Shown here: positions 38,150 through 47,666 of the stretch, piece after piece
How the letters are laid out: each line of letters begins with the position of its first letter
Numbering within the stretch: the first letter of the stretch is position 1
From: Gemmatimonadales bacterium
Lineage (GTDB): Bacteria; Gemmatimonadota; Gemmatimonadetes; Gemmatimonadales; Gemmatimonadaceae
DNA length: 64,000 nt
Assembly (NCBI GenBank): GCA_038212625.1
Contig: JBBQUH010000005.1
Location: forward strand, 31,483-95,482
Direction of reading: 5' to 3'
Translations under genes and position numbers: made by a program
The notes under the pieces: generated by a model
Told to the model about the DNA's origin: nothing
What the model saw: only the letters and a program-made list of their open reading frames with translations
The model's database searches: none

Positions 38150-38709
38150 CCAACGAATCCCTCACCGTCACGCCAAACCCGCTCACGCGGATCGTGCTCA
38201 CCGGCTCGGAATCCGTCGGTAAGACGACGCTGGCGGTGCAGCTGGCCGCGCACTACGGCGTGCAGGCCGTCCCCGAGTTTGTACGCGACTATGCAGCAAC
38301 ACTGAATCGCGCACTCGACTTCCGCGATCACGGTCCGATTGCGCACGGCCAGATGGCGCTCGAGGATACCTGCATCGGACGCGCAACGACCCGTGGCCAT
38401 CCGCTGCTGCTCCACGACACCGACCTCGTGAGTACCGTGGTGTACTGCCATCACTACTTTGGTCGATGCCCGGCATTCATCGAAGAGGCCGCCACAGCGC
38501 GACGTGCTCTCCACTATCTGGTATTGGATATCGACGTCCCCTGGGTGCCGGATGGTGTCCGCGACCGCGAGGAACGTCGTGCTGAGGTCCAGCAGCTCTT
38601 CGTCGACACCTTAGGGCGACTTGGTGCGTTGTTCACCGTGGTGCGCGGCGACTGGGACACCCGCCGCACCAACGCACAACGTATCATTGACGCCGTACGC
38701 AGTACGTGA
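38146..38709 (+). CDS. NadR-like ribosylnicotinamide kinase (AAA_28) domain protein
   Basis: Walker A GSESVGKTT, VPEFVRDY, LLHDTD, DVPWVPDGVR; ATGA overlap with pnuC. Confidence 0.85.
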   Translation: MTNESLTVTPNPLTRIVLTGSESVGKTTLAVQLAAHYGVQAVPEFVRDYAATLNRALDFRDHGPIAHGQMALEDTCIGRATTRGHPLLLHDTDLVSTVVYCHHYFGRCPAFIEEAATARRALHYLVLDIDVPWVPDGVRDREERRAEVQQLFVDTLGRLGALFTVVRGDWDTRRTNAQRIIDAVRST

Positions 38710-38734
38710 TCAGATCACTCCCTCCGAGCCGTTT

Positions 38735-39175
38735 ATGACGAAGCCCACGCAGTCGTTCGCCAATCACGCGCAGTACATGCCGGCCTTTCACTTCTTTGCC
38801 AGCCCGCTGGCCATGATCTTCGTGCTGTGGAGCATCGCACGGCTCATCGCCACCCCTGGGGCCGACACGGCCTACATGCTCGTTGGTGCACTCGCGCTGT
38901 TCGGCGTCGGCACCGTGTCCCGACTGTCACCCATTCGCGCGCAGGATCGGCTCATCCGTCTTGAAGAGCAGCTACGCTATGCACGGCTGCTCCCCGCCGA
39001 TCTTGCAGCGCGCGCCGATGCCGCGTTCGTACCGCGCCACTACATCGCGCTGCGCTTTGCCGGCGATCAGGAACTCGCGGGACTGGTGCAGCAGGTCATT
39101 GCCAACCCCGCACTGACCGGCAAGGAGATCAAGAGCAAGATCACCGCCTGGCGTGCGGACAATTTCCGCGTCTGA
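38735..39175 (+). CDS. Small membrane protein (DUF6526-like)
   Basis: QSFANH..Y.P.FHF, two TM helices, AQDRLIRLEEQLRY, ALRFA.D.EL, IK.KI..WRAD.FRV. Confidence 0.55.
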   Translation: MTKPTQSFANHAQYMPAFHFFASPLAMIFVLWSIARLIATPGADTAYMLVGALALFGVGTVSRLSPIRAQDRLIRLEEQLRYARLLPADLAARADAAFVPRHYIALRFAGDQELAGLVQQVIANPALTGKEIKSKITAWRADNFRV

Positions 39176-39182
39176 CCGCCTC

Positions 39183-39208
39183 GGGTCACCGGGTCTTCGC
39201 GGTGACCC
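39183..39208. terminator. GC-rich hairpin between convergent genes; possible terminator
   Basis: GGGTCACCG-ggtcttcg-CGGTGACCC; no U-tract. Confidence 0.35.
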
Positions 39209-39240
39209 CGCGGCTCTGCCACCGGTCGACCGCCAGCCAC

Positions 39241-40485
39241 CTACTCCAAGCGTGACAGCAGCAGTTCCACAGGCAGCCCACCGTTGGCGGTCCGCAGCAC
39301 CGGGTCGAAATCGAGCTGCGTCTGCGCAGCCAGCGCCCGCTCAGGCACCAGGAGCCCCAGCTGCCAATCCGCGCCGCCAGCGAGTATGACGTCGCCCAAG
39401 CGGGCATACAGCGACCGCAGGTCGGAGCCGTCGCTGATGCGCAGGCCATACGGCGGGTTGGTCAGCACCAGCCCCGCCTCGCCAATGTCATCGAGTACCG
39501 TCTCCGACAACGGCCCCTGCTGGATGACCAAATCGCTCAGCACCCCGGCTCGCTCCGCGTTGGCGATCGCCGCGGCACAGGCACCCTTGTCGCGATCACG
39601 CAGCACGATCGGAATCCCGGCCGCCGGCAGCGCGACCGCACGCGCCGCCTCCCGCACGGCGGCGTGCATTCCGATGTTGGCTTTCGGCCACCGCTCCATC
39701 GCGAAATCGCGTTGCAACCCCGGTGCCATGCGTCGCACGCGGAGCGCCGCTTCGATGCCGATTGTTCCTGAGCCGCAAAACGGATCCACCAACGGCACCT
39801 CGCCGTTCCAGTCGCACGCGACCAGCATCGCGGCCGCCAGTGTTTCGCGCAGCGGCGCCTTGGCAATGGCCTGACGCCACCCCCGACGATGGAGCAGCGC
39901 GCCAGAACTGTCGGCGCTGATGGTGCACTGATCGTGATCGAAGCGCACCACGATCAGCTGCGTCGTGCTGTCGTCATCGTCCTCATCGTCCCGCGCGCGA
40001 CCCAGTACTTCCGACTGCTTGATGCTCTTCGTGATACCACGGCCCACTCGCTCGGCCACGGCGTCCGAGTGATACAGCCGCGACTTGCGACACGTGACAC
40101 GCAACCGCACCGCGGCCCCCGGTGCCAGCACCTGATGCCATGGCACCCGCGCCGCAAACTTTTCGAGCGCTGCGAAGTCGCGGGCCTCAAAGTGCGCCAG
40201 CCGCACCAGCACACGACTCGCACAGCGCGACCACAGGTTGACCGTAAAGAGCTGTTCGGGCGTGGCGTCGAAGGCCACGCCGGCCGGACTCACCTCGCGT
40301 GGTGTAATGCCCAGCGCTTCACACTCGGCGGCCACCAGCGGTGCCACACCGGGTGCCGTCACGGCGAACGCATCGAAGTGCGTGAAGACAGGAGCGGCCG
40401 GGCGTACCACAGGGGTACGGCCCGGCCGAGGCGGCCGAACGGGCCGCTGCGGAATGAAATTGTCTGGTTTACGCGGCTTGGGCAT
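39241..40485 (-). CDS. THUMP-domain class I SAM-dependent RNA methyltransferase (RlmL/RlmKL-like)
   Basis: LHRRGWR....APLRETLAAAML, VDPFCGSGTIGIEAA, LTNPPYG.R; start ATG 40485. Confidence 0.9.
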   Translation of the reverse strand: MPKPRKPDNFIPQRPVRPPRPGRTPVVRPAAPVFTHFDAFAVTAPGVAPLVAAECEALGITPREVSPAGVAFDATPEQLFTVNLWSRCASRVLVRLAHFEARDFAALEKFAARVPWHQVLAPGAAVRLRVTCRKSRLYHSDAVAERVGRGITKSIKQSEVLGRARDDEDDDDSTTQLIVVRFDHDQCTISADSSGALLHRRGWRQAIAKAPLRETLAAAMLVACDWNGEVPLVDPFCGSGTIGIEAALRVRRMAPGLQRDFAMERWPKANIGMHAAVREAARAVALPAAGIPIVLRDRDKGACAAAIANAERAGVLSDLVIQQGPLSETVLDDIGEAGLVLTNPPYGLRISDGSDLRSLYARLGDVILAGGADWQLGLLVPERALAAQTQLDFDPVLRTANGGLPVELLLSRLE

Positions 40486-43312
40486 CAATCGTACGATGTC
40501 GACGCACAGCATAGGGCGCACGCGCACCACGGGCAAGCAGGAGCGACCAGAACTCCTCGGCTTCGAGCGGCGGCGCGAACAAGTATCCCTGCCCAAGCTC
40601 GCAACCGAGCTCCAACAGATGACTGCGCTGCGCTTCCGTTTCAATACCTTCCGCCACGGTGATCATCCGCAACGTCTCCCCGAGTGCAACGATCGCACGA
40701 GCCAGCACCGGACCATCGCCTCCTTTATCGATGAGATCAACAAACGCTTTGTCAATCTTCAAGATGTCGACCGGATAGCGCTGGAGATAGCTCAACGACG
40801 AATAACCCGTGCCGAAATCGTCGATGGCGAGCGAGACGCCAAGGGCCTTGAGCGCCGTGAGCCGATCCATCGACACGGCGGTATTCTCCATGAGCATGCT
40901 TTCGGTGATCTCCAGCACGAGTTGGCCGGGATCCAATCCTGTTTCCGCCAGCGCCTGACGCACCTCGTCAACGATCGCCGCTTCCTGCAATTGGCGCCCC
41001 GAGAGATTGACCGTGATCCGCACCGGTAACCCCCGCTCCTTGGTCCAGCGCACCGCTTCAAGGCAGGCGCGCCGCAGCACCCAGCGACCGATTGCCACGA
41101 TGAGCCCCGTTTCTTCGGCAATGGGGATGAAAACCCCAGGCGGCACCGTACCCCGGTCGCGACACATCCAGCGCACGAGGGCCTCCGCTCCGATGATCTC
41201 TCCCGTTGCCAGTTCCACGATCGGCTGGTAGCAGAGAAAGAATTCTTCGTGCTCGATGGCGCGTCGCAGGTCGGCCTCGACGACGAGCCGGTCGAGTGCC
41301 GCCCGATGCATCGCGGGCTCGAACCATACGTGCTGCCCCTTGCCGCGATTCTTGGCAACATACATGGCAACGTCGGCGTTGCGCACGAGTACGTCCGACG
41401 TCTCGCCATGCTCGCTGCGCGCAATACCGATGCTCGCGTTCACGAACACCTCCTTCCCCTGCAGCTTGAAGGGCCGCGACATTGCCGCGCCGATCCGTTC
41501 GGCGATCTCGTGCACATCGGCCGCTCTTTCCGCCTCTTCCACCAACACGGCGAATTCGTCGCCGCCAAGCCGGGCAATCAGGTCACCCTCGCGCACACAG
41601 GACGACAATCGACGCGACGCTTCGACCAGCAGCCGATCGCCGGCCGCGTGCCCAAGTGAATCGTTGACGGTTTTGAAGTTATCCAGATCGAGAAACAACA
41701 CGGCCACCGTTTCTCCGTTCCGCTGAGTGCGCACGAGGGCGTGCCCCACCTGATACAGGAAGAGCGACCGATTGGCGAGATCGGTGAGCGGATCGTGAAA
41801 CGCTTGATGCATGTACTGCTGCCGGAGGACGCTCTGCTCGGATACGTCGCGCGTGTTGAGCACCAGCCCGCGAATGACTGGCTCCTGCAGCAGGTTGGTG
41901 CCGACATTATCCGCGGTCATCCAGCGGCCGTCAGCGTGGGCGATTCGCCATTCCCGCTTGAGCGCGCCGGCAGCGGCCGGCACGCCGCCCGTCACCCGGA
42001 CGGATCGGGCCAACTCGCGCAGGAACTCGCACGCATGCTCCACGTCGCCAGGATGCAGGAGCGCCGAAATGTTTGTGCCCAGCAGCTTTGCCGGGTCATG
42101 GCCGAAGACGGACGCCATCGACGGACTCACGTAGCAGATCGTGCCGTCGGTATCGAGCACCATGATCACGTCACTGGCGTGCTGCACGAGCGCCTGAAAC
42201 CGCGCCTCGTTGTTGCGGGTCGCGGACTCCGTCAACGCGCGTACCGCCTCGCGAGTACCCGTGAGTTGCCGCAGAAACGCGAGTATCGTGAGCACCGCGG
42301 CTCCGAGCACCAACCCCAGCAGCGGCTGCGTGCCCTGTTCAAACGCCAGCAGCAGCAGCAGACCAAAGCCCGGCAGCACGGCCACATAGGGAATGAGGTT
42401 GACGCCAAACGTTTCCCGCTGCGACCGCGACCGCACTTGGCGGCTCATGGCGCTCGTGCAGGTAAGCCACGCCGCCGCGCCCACGCAGGCCGTACTCATC
42501 GGAGTAGCCGCCGCCAACCACACGGGTGCACTCTCACCGCGCAACACCATGACAAAGCGGGTCACCGTCGCCACGAATGGCACGAGTACCGAGAGCGCGA
42601 TCAGCAGCAGCACGTCCCCGCGCGACTTGAGCAACGTGCGCTTCCACAACACCGACGCCACAAGTATCAGCACCAGCGCAACAATAGCGTCAATGTGCAT
42701 GGCCACGAACGCGCTCATCGAACCAATCGCGCCGTAACGGCTGGCGACGGACACGTCAAACCACAACACCAGCAGCCCGCCAACCGCCACGGTGAACGCA
42801 TCCAGCCATAATGTGCGCCGGTCGGCCGTGGTGCGGGGGGCCGTCGGAAGCGCCAGGAAGCCCGCCAGCAACAGTGCCGCAAACACGTGCGGCGCCCCAA
42901 GGCGCACCGCCTGCGCGGCACCGGGCGATGGTATCAACACGAGCCACTGCGCGAACAACGGGGCCCCGGCCTGCACTACCATCGCCACCGCGACCACGCG
43001 CCAGAATTTGCGCGTCCCCTGATCGAGGGCGTATTCAGCGGCGGCGCGGCGCGCGAGTACCGCGACGGCCGTTGCGAGAAGGGCCGCCGGCAGCAGGCGC
43101 ACTATGCCGGACGCCGACACCCCGGGGCTGCCGAGCGCCATCCATCCGCTCGTGAGCAGCACCACGGCGCTGAACAGGAGCTGCACTACCCGATCCCGGC
43201 CGTCCCCGAACACCAGCACAGCAACCGCCGGAATGCTCTGCAGGGAGCGGCGGCGGCCAGGTGTCAGGAACGGACCCGATCGACGCGGAGGCGCGTCGGC
43301 GGGAGTGGGCAT
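40469..43312 (-). CDS. Membrane-anchored PAS-GGDEF-EAL diguanylate cyclase/phosphodiesterase
   Basis: About 8-9 N-terminal TM helices, PAS, HDPLTDLANR, RLGGDEF, YQPIV, EALVRW, DDFGTGYSSL. Confidence 0.93.
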   Translation of the reverse strand: MPTPADAPPRRSGPFLTPGRRRSLQSIPAVAVLVFGDGRDRVVQLLFSAVVLLTSGWMALGSPGVSASGIVRLLPAALLATAVAVLARRAAAEYALDQGTRKFWRVVAVAMVVQAGAPLFAQWLVLIPSPGAAQAVRLGAPHVFAALLLAGFLALPTAPRTTADRRTLWLDAFTVAVGGLLVLWFDVSVASRYGAIGSMSAFVAMHIDAIVALVLILVASVLWKRTLLKSRGDVLLLIALSVLVPFVATVTRFVMVLRGESAPVWLAAATPMSTACVGAAAWLTCTSAMSRQVRSRSQRETFGVNLIPYVAVLPGFGLLLLLAFEQGTQPLLGLVLGAAVLTILAFLRQLTGTREAVRALTESATRNNEARFQALVQHASDVIMVLDTDGTICYVSPSMASVFGHDPAKLLGTNISALLHPGDVEHACEFLRELARSVRVTGGVPAAAGALKREWRIAHADGRWMTADNVGTNLLQEPVIRGLVLNTRDVSEQSVLRQQYMHQAFHDPLTDLANRSLFLYQVGHALVRTQRNGETVAVLFLDLDNFKTVNDSLGHAAGDRLLVEASRRLSSCVREGDLIARLGGDEFAVLVEEAERAADVHEIAERIGAAMSRPFKLQGKEVFVNASIGIARSEHGETSDVLVRNADVAMYVAKNRGKGQHVWFEPAMHRAALDRLVVEADLRRAIEHEEFFLCYQPIVELATGEIIGAEALVRWMCRDRGTVPPGVFIPIAEETGLIVAIGRWVLRRACLEAVRWTKERGLPVRITVNLSGRQLQEAAIVDEVRQALAETGLDPGQLVLEITESMLMENTAVSMDRLTALKALGVSLAIDDFGTGYSSLSYLQRYPVDILKIDKAFVDLIDKGGDGPVLARAIVALGETLRMITVAEGIETEAQRSHLLELGCELGQGYLFAPPLEAEEFWSLLLARGARAPYAVRRHRTIDAQAA

Positions 43313-43331
43313 GGGAGGCGGGTCGAGGGGT

Positions 43332-43958
43332 TTACCTGGGCGTCGCGGGCCCCCGTTTCCAGAACAGCCGGAACGCGAGGAGCGACGCAACGATCGCTCC
43401 ATAGATGATCGGCTCCTCGACGTCCTTCTTGACTCCCCACCAGAAATGCACACACGCGGCGATGGCCGATACGTACACCAAGCGATGCAACTGATTCCAT
43501 CTCACCCCGCCTATCTTACGGATCGCCCCTTTGGTAGACGTCAATGCCAGCGGAATCATGAGCACGAAGGCGAGCATACCCACTGTGATATACAAGTGCT
43601 CGAGAATGTCCTTGATGATTTCGTTCCAATCAAAGAACCAGTCGAGCACGATGTACACGCTGAGATGAGCGAACGCCCAAAAAAAGGCCGCCAATCCCAG
43701 AAATTTCCGCTGCGCGACCAGCCAGCCCCAACCGGTGAGCCGCATGAGTGGCGTCACGGCGAGCGACGCCGCCAGCAGGCGCAGCGCCCACTCACCGGAT
43801 CCCTTCTCCAGTTTTTCGATAGGCTCCGCGCCTAGCTGATCGAGCAGGAGCTGGGCGATGAGTACGACCGCCGGCAGCAGCACGAGCAACCAGAGGGCAG
43901 GACGAATACCGCGCCGAACGAGGGGTTCGGCGCGGGTGAGGAAAGACGCTGTGGTCAT
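43332..43958 (-). CDS. msrQ: Methionine sulfoxide reductase heme-binding subunit MsrQ
   Basis: GEWALRLL..SLAVTP, LGLAAFFW...HL, WNQLHRLVY; follows msrP. Confidence 0.92.
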   Translation of the reverse strand: MTTASFLTRAEPLVRRGIRPALWLLVLLPAVVLIAQLLLDQLGAEPIEKLEKGSGEWALRLLAASLAVTPLMRLTGWGWLVAQRKFLGLAAFFWAFAHLSVYIVLDWFFDWNEIIKDILEHLYITVGMLAFVLMIPLALTSTKGAIRKIGGVRWNQLHRLVYVSAIAACVHFWWGVKKDVEEPIIYGAIVASLLAFRLFWKRGPATPR

Positions 43959-43965
43959 AGCAGGG

Positions 43966-44883
43966 TCAGTAATACCGACGGAGATCCATGCCGGTATACA
44001 TGGACGCCACCTGCGCCGCGTACCCGTTGAACGGCAGGGTGTTGATCTTCAGGAATTGGCCGATGCGACGCTCTTTGGCCTGACTCCAGCGGGGGTGATC
44101 CACGGACGGGTTCACGTTGGCAAAAAAGCCGTATTCGCTGGGTACGGCATCGTTCCATGTGGTGTTCGGCATTTTGTCGGTGAAGCGCAGCTTGACGATG
44201 GCCTTCACACCCTTGAAGCCGTACTTCCATGGCACCACCAGACGCAGCGGCGCGCCGTTCTGGTTAGGGAGCGGCTTTCCGTACATCCCGGTCGCGAACA
44301 GCGTCAGCGGGTTCATCGCTTCATCCAGGCGCAGCGCCTCCTTGTACGGCCATGGAAGCGCCGCGCGCTTCTGGCCGGGCATGCGCTTCGGATCATACAA
44401 CGTGGTCATCTCGAGGAACTTGGCCCCCGGAAGTGGCTCGCAGCGGGCGATGATGTCCTTGAGCATCACCCCTTGCCACGGGATCACCATCGACCACGCT
44501 TCCACGCAGCGGTGCCGATACGTCCGGTCCTGGACCGGCAGCTTCCCCACCAATTCGTCGAACGAGAATGGGCGCGGCGTTTTGACCAGCCCGTCCACGT
44601 TCACGGTCCACGGCATCGGCTGGAAATCCTTGGACTGTTCTTTGGGATCGTCCTTGCTGGTCCCGAATTCGTAGTAGTTGTTATAGCTGGTGGCGTCTTC
44701 TTCGCTGGTCAGCTTGTCGTCCTGCGACTGGCCCGTGGCGCTGAGTGCGCGGAGAGCATCGGGCGTGAGCACACTACCCAGCGCCAGCGCCCCGGCCGTC
44801 CCTACGAACGCCCGCCGGTTGAGATACACGGATTCCGGGGTAATCTCGGAAGACTTGATGTCGTCGGGACGGCGAATCAGCAT
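43966..44883 (-). CDS. msrP: Methionine sulfoxide reductase catalytic subunit MsrP (molybdoenzyme)
   Basis: SEITPE.VYLNRR, YNNYYEFG, RHRCVEAWSMVIPW, QNGAPLRLVVPWKYGFK, HPRWSQ. Confidence 0.96.
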   Translation of the reverse strand: MLIRRPDDIKSSEITPESVYLNRRAFVGTAGALALGSVLTPDALRALSATGQSQDDKLTSEEDATSYNNYYEFGTSKDDPKEQSKDFQPMPWTVNVDGLVKTPRPFSFDELVGKLPVQDRTYRHRCVEAWSMVIPWQGVMLKDIIARCEPLPGAKFLEMTTLYDPKRMPGQKRAALPWPYKEALRLDEAMNPLTLFATGMYGKPLPNQNGAPLRLVVPWKYGFKGVKAIVKLRFTDKMPNTTWNDAVPSEYGFFANVNPSVDHPRWSQAKERRIGQFLKINTLPFNGYAAQVASMYTGMDLRRYY

Positions 44884-45064
44884 AGGACCACGGATGAGTG
44901 GGAGGTGAGGCTACTCCGTATTCTAGCCTCTGGATGGAAAAACGGTTCCCACCTGGAACCTGCGACGTGGGAAATAGGCGGCCGCGCCGTTTCTCACGTC
45001 GCTGATGTTGACGACGTCGGTGGCGGCGCTTGACCCACCGCCTGAGGCAACATTGCATTCGCGT

Positions 45065-45556
45065 ATGCCTGACGCCACCCCGCTCCCCCTGCCCACCGCG
45101 GATGCCGCCCATCCGCTGCCGCCCGCCCTGGCCCGCGTCCTGCGGCAGTTTCGCCTGCTCGAGCGCGACGACAAGATGCAGGCGCTCCTTGGCTGGTCGA
45201 AGAAGCTGGAACCGCTTCCCGAGCATCTGGCCGGCCTGGACCGCGCCGCCTACACGGTGCCGGAGTGCCAAACACGGGTGGATCTGTTCGCCGAACAGCA
45301 TCCCGATGGCACCCTGCACTTTTACGCCGACGTCAATGCCCGACAGTCGCCCACCATCGCGGCGGTGCTGGCGATTACCTTTGCGGCGGTCAACAATCAA
45401 CCACCGGCCGTCACGCTGGCGCTTCCTGCCGACGTTGTGCGCCTGCTCATGCAGGACATCGGACTCGGCGCGCGCGAGTCGGGGCTGTCGGCCATGATCG
45501 CCCGTCTCAAACGACACGCGACCGAACTCGTGGTCGATCCCTCCTCCTCCTCCTGA
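45065..45556 (+). CDS. sufE: SufE family Fe-S metabolism sulfur-acceptor protein
   Basis: VPECQTRV active-Cys region, LHFYAD, R..GL.AM. Confidence 0.8.
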   Translation: MPDATPLPLPTADAAHPLPPALARVLRQFRLLERDDKMQALLGWSKKLEPLPEHLAGLDRAAYTVPECQTRVDLFAEQHPDGTLHFYADVNARQSPTIAAVLAITFAAVNNQPPAVTLALPADVVRLLMQDIGLGARESGLSAMIARLKRHATELVVDPSSSS

Positions 45557-45565
45557 CCCCACGCA

Positions 45566-45799
45566 ATGCCGATTACACTCACGATTCGCAAAAACGGTTC
45601 CATCGGGATCACGGCCGAAGACGCCGCCCAGATTCAGCTGATCGACCATACCGGCGCCATCATTCCGCCCCGTGCGGAAGGCCGCCCGATGTCCCTGTGT
45701 CGCTGCGGCGCCTCGAAGGTGAAGCCGTTCTGCGATGGCTCGCACAAGGAACTGGGCTTCCTCGATCCTGCCGACCCGATGGACGCGCCCACCGCGTGA
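45566..45799 (+). CDS. CDGSH iron-sulfur domain protein
   Basis: LCRCGASKVKPFCDGSH. Confidence 0.93.
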   Translation: MPITLTIRKNGSIGITAEDAAQIQLIDHTGAIIPPRAEGRPMSLCRCGASKVKPFCDGSHKELGFLDPADPMDAPTA

Positions 45800-46608
45800 T
45801 CAGCTCGCTGCGCAGCGCATGGGCGTGGACGGCCGTCGGACTCTCGGTCCTCCTCGGCACGCCCATCGTCGCGTTGATTTGGCTGTTCACGGCCCCCTTC
45901 GATCCGGGACGCTACGCCACAGGGCGCGCGTTCCGGATCGTAGCGGTCATTGCCCTGCGCCTGACCGGCACATGGAAGTTCAGGGTGCGCGGCACCCTCG
46001 CCGACCCGCGGCGTCCGTACGTCGTGGTGGCCAACCATGAGTCGTACGCCGACATCTTCCTGATCAGCTGTTTCCCATGGGAGATGAAATGGCTGAGCAA
46101 AGATGCGATGTTCAAGCTGCCGTTCATGGGCTGGATGATGCAGATGGCCGGCGACATCAAGCTCGTACGCGGCAAGCGAGAGTCCGCGATCGACGCCATC
46201 GCCCAGTGCCGCGATCGACTGAGTAAAAAAGTGTCGATCATGATCTTCCCCGAAGGCACCCGTTCGCGCGAGTGGGAGATGCTCCCCTTCAAGGACGGCG
46301 CCTTCCGCCTGGCGATCGAAGCCGGCGCGCCGATCTTGCCAATCGCGGTTGCCGGCACGCGGCACGCGATGGCCAAAGGGTCGTTTCACTTCCTCCCGGC
46401 CCGTGCCATCGCGCAGGCGCTGGAGCCGATCGACACCTCCACGATGACGCTGCGCGACGTACAACGGCTCAAGCAACTCACGCGCGAACGGATCGAAGCG
46501 GGGCGTCGCGCCCTTGCGGCCGAGCTGGGAATCGCGGTGCCGGCACCAGCGGCTCCAATAGCCGCTGCGGCGGCAACCAACGCAGACCGCGTGTCCCCCG
46601 TCGCGTAA
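45796..46608 (+). CDS. plsC: Lysophospholipid acyltransferase (PlsC-like)
   Basis: NHESYAD, FPEGTRS, PFKDGAF; GTGA overlap with the CDGSH gene. Confidence 0.9.
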   Translation: MISSLRSAWAWTAVGLSVLLGTPIVALIWLFTAPFDPGRYATGRAFRIVAVIALRLTGTWKFRVRGTLADPRRPYVVVANHESYADIFLISCFPWEMKWLSKDAMFKLPFMGWMMQMAGDIKLVRGKRESAIDAIAQCRDRLSKKVSIMIFPEGTRSREWEMLPFKDGAFRLAIEAGAPILPIAVAGTRHAMAKGSFHFLPARAIAQALEPIDTSTMTLRDVQRLKQLTRERIEAGRRALAAELGIAVPAPAAPIAAAAATNADRVSPVA

Positions 46609-46622
46609 CGCGACGCCCGCAC

Positions 46623-47666
46623 ATGACGCCGCCGACAGCCCGGACCGCGCCCGTGAATGAAGCGGCGCTCGAAGCGTCCCTCTCGGCACCCGACGAGGCC
46701 GTGGCCGCAGCACTACGCGACCTGCCGGGTGACGTGATGATTCTCGGGGCGGGCGGAAAGATGGGTCCCTCCCTGGCACACATGGCGCGCCGCGCACTCG
46801 ATAGCTCCCCAAGTGTGTCGCGCCGTGTGTTCGCCGTCTCGCGATTCTCCGATTCGTCCGTCGCTACGTCGCTGGAGCAGGCGGGCATCACGGTGCTGCG
46901 AGCGGATCTCGCCGATCCCACCGCAGTGGCCAGCCTTCCAGATGCCGCCAATGTGCTGTGGTTGGCGGGACAGAAATTTGGTACCACCGGCGATCCGGTT
47001 GGCACGTGGACGCAAAATGTCGTGGCGTCGGTACACGCTGCGGAGCGCTATGCGGGATCGCGTATCGTGTGTTTCTCGACGGGGAACGTGTACGGGCCGC
47101 GCGCTGTGGCCGACGGCGGCTCGCGCGAAAAGGACACGCTGGTTCCCGATGGGGAATACGCCGCGTCATGTATCGGTCGCGAACGGGTCTTCGAGAGTGT
47201 GGCGCGACGCACGGCGTCTCCACTGTTGCTGTACCGGTTGTTCTACGCGTGCGATTTGCGGTACGGCGTGGTGACGGAAATTGCGGGCAAAGTGCTCCGC
47301 GGTGAACCGGTATCGCTTAACACTGGATACGTCAACATGATCTGGCAAGGCGACGCGAATCGCCTGGCGCTGCGGGCGCTTTCCGTCGCCAAGACGCCGG
47401 CGGCGGCGCTCAATGTCACCGGCGCGATCGTCGCGGTGCGCGAGATTGCGGAACGCGTAGGATATGCGGCGGGGATTCGGCCGGTTTTCGAGGGCACGGA
47501 GGGTCCGGAGGCGTTGCTCGCCAACACCGACTCACTGCAGGCGTGTTTGCCGTTCGCTCCGCTGCCGCTCGATACGCTCTGCGCTTGGGCGGTCTCGTGG
47601 ATCCGCGGCAACGGTCGCCTGTTGAACAAGCCCACCAAGTTCGAGGTGCGCGATGGAAAATTCTGA
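46623..47666 (+). CDS. NAD-dependent epimerase/dehydratase family protein
   Basis: LGAGGKMG, AVSRFS, AGQKFGT, FSTGNVY, YAASC.GRER. Confidence 0.85.
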   Translation: MTPPTARTAPVNEAALEASLSAPDEAVAAALRDLPGDVMILGAGGKMGPSLAHMARRALDSSPSVSRRVFAVSRFSDSSVATSLEQAGITVLRADLADPTAVASLPDAANVLWLAGQKFGTTGDPVGTWTQNVVASVHAAERYAGSRIVCFSTGNVYGPRAVADGGSREKDTLVPDGEYAASCIGRERVFESVARRTASPLLLYRLFYACDLRYGVVTEIAGKVLRGEPVSLNTGYVNMIWQGDANRLALRALSVAKTPAAALNVTGAIVAVREIAERVGYAAGIRPVFEGTEGPEALLANTDSLQACLPFAPLPLDTLCAWAVSWIRGNGRLLNKPTKFEVRDGKF

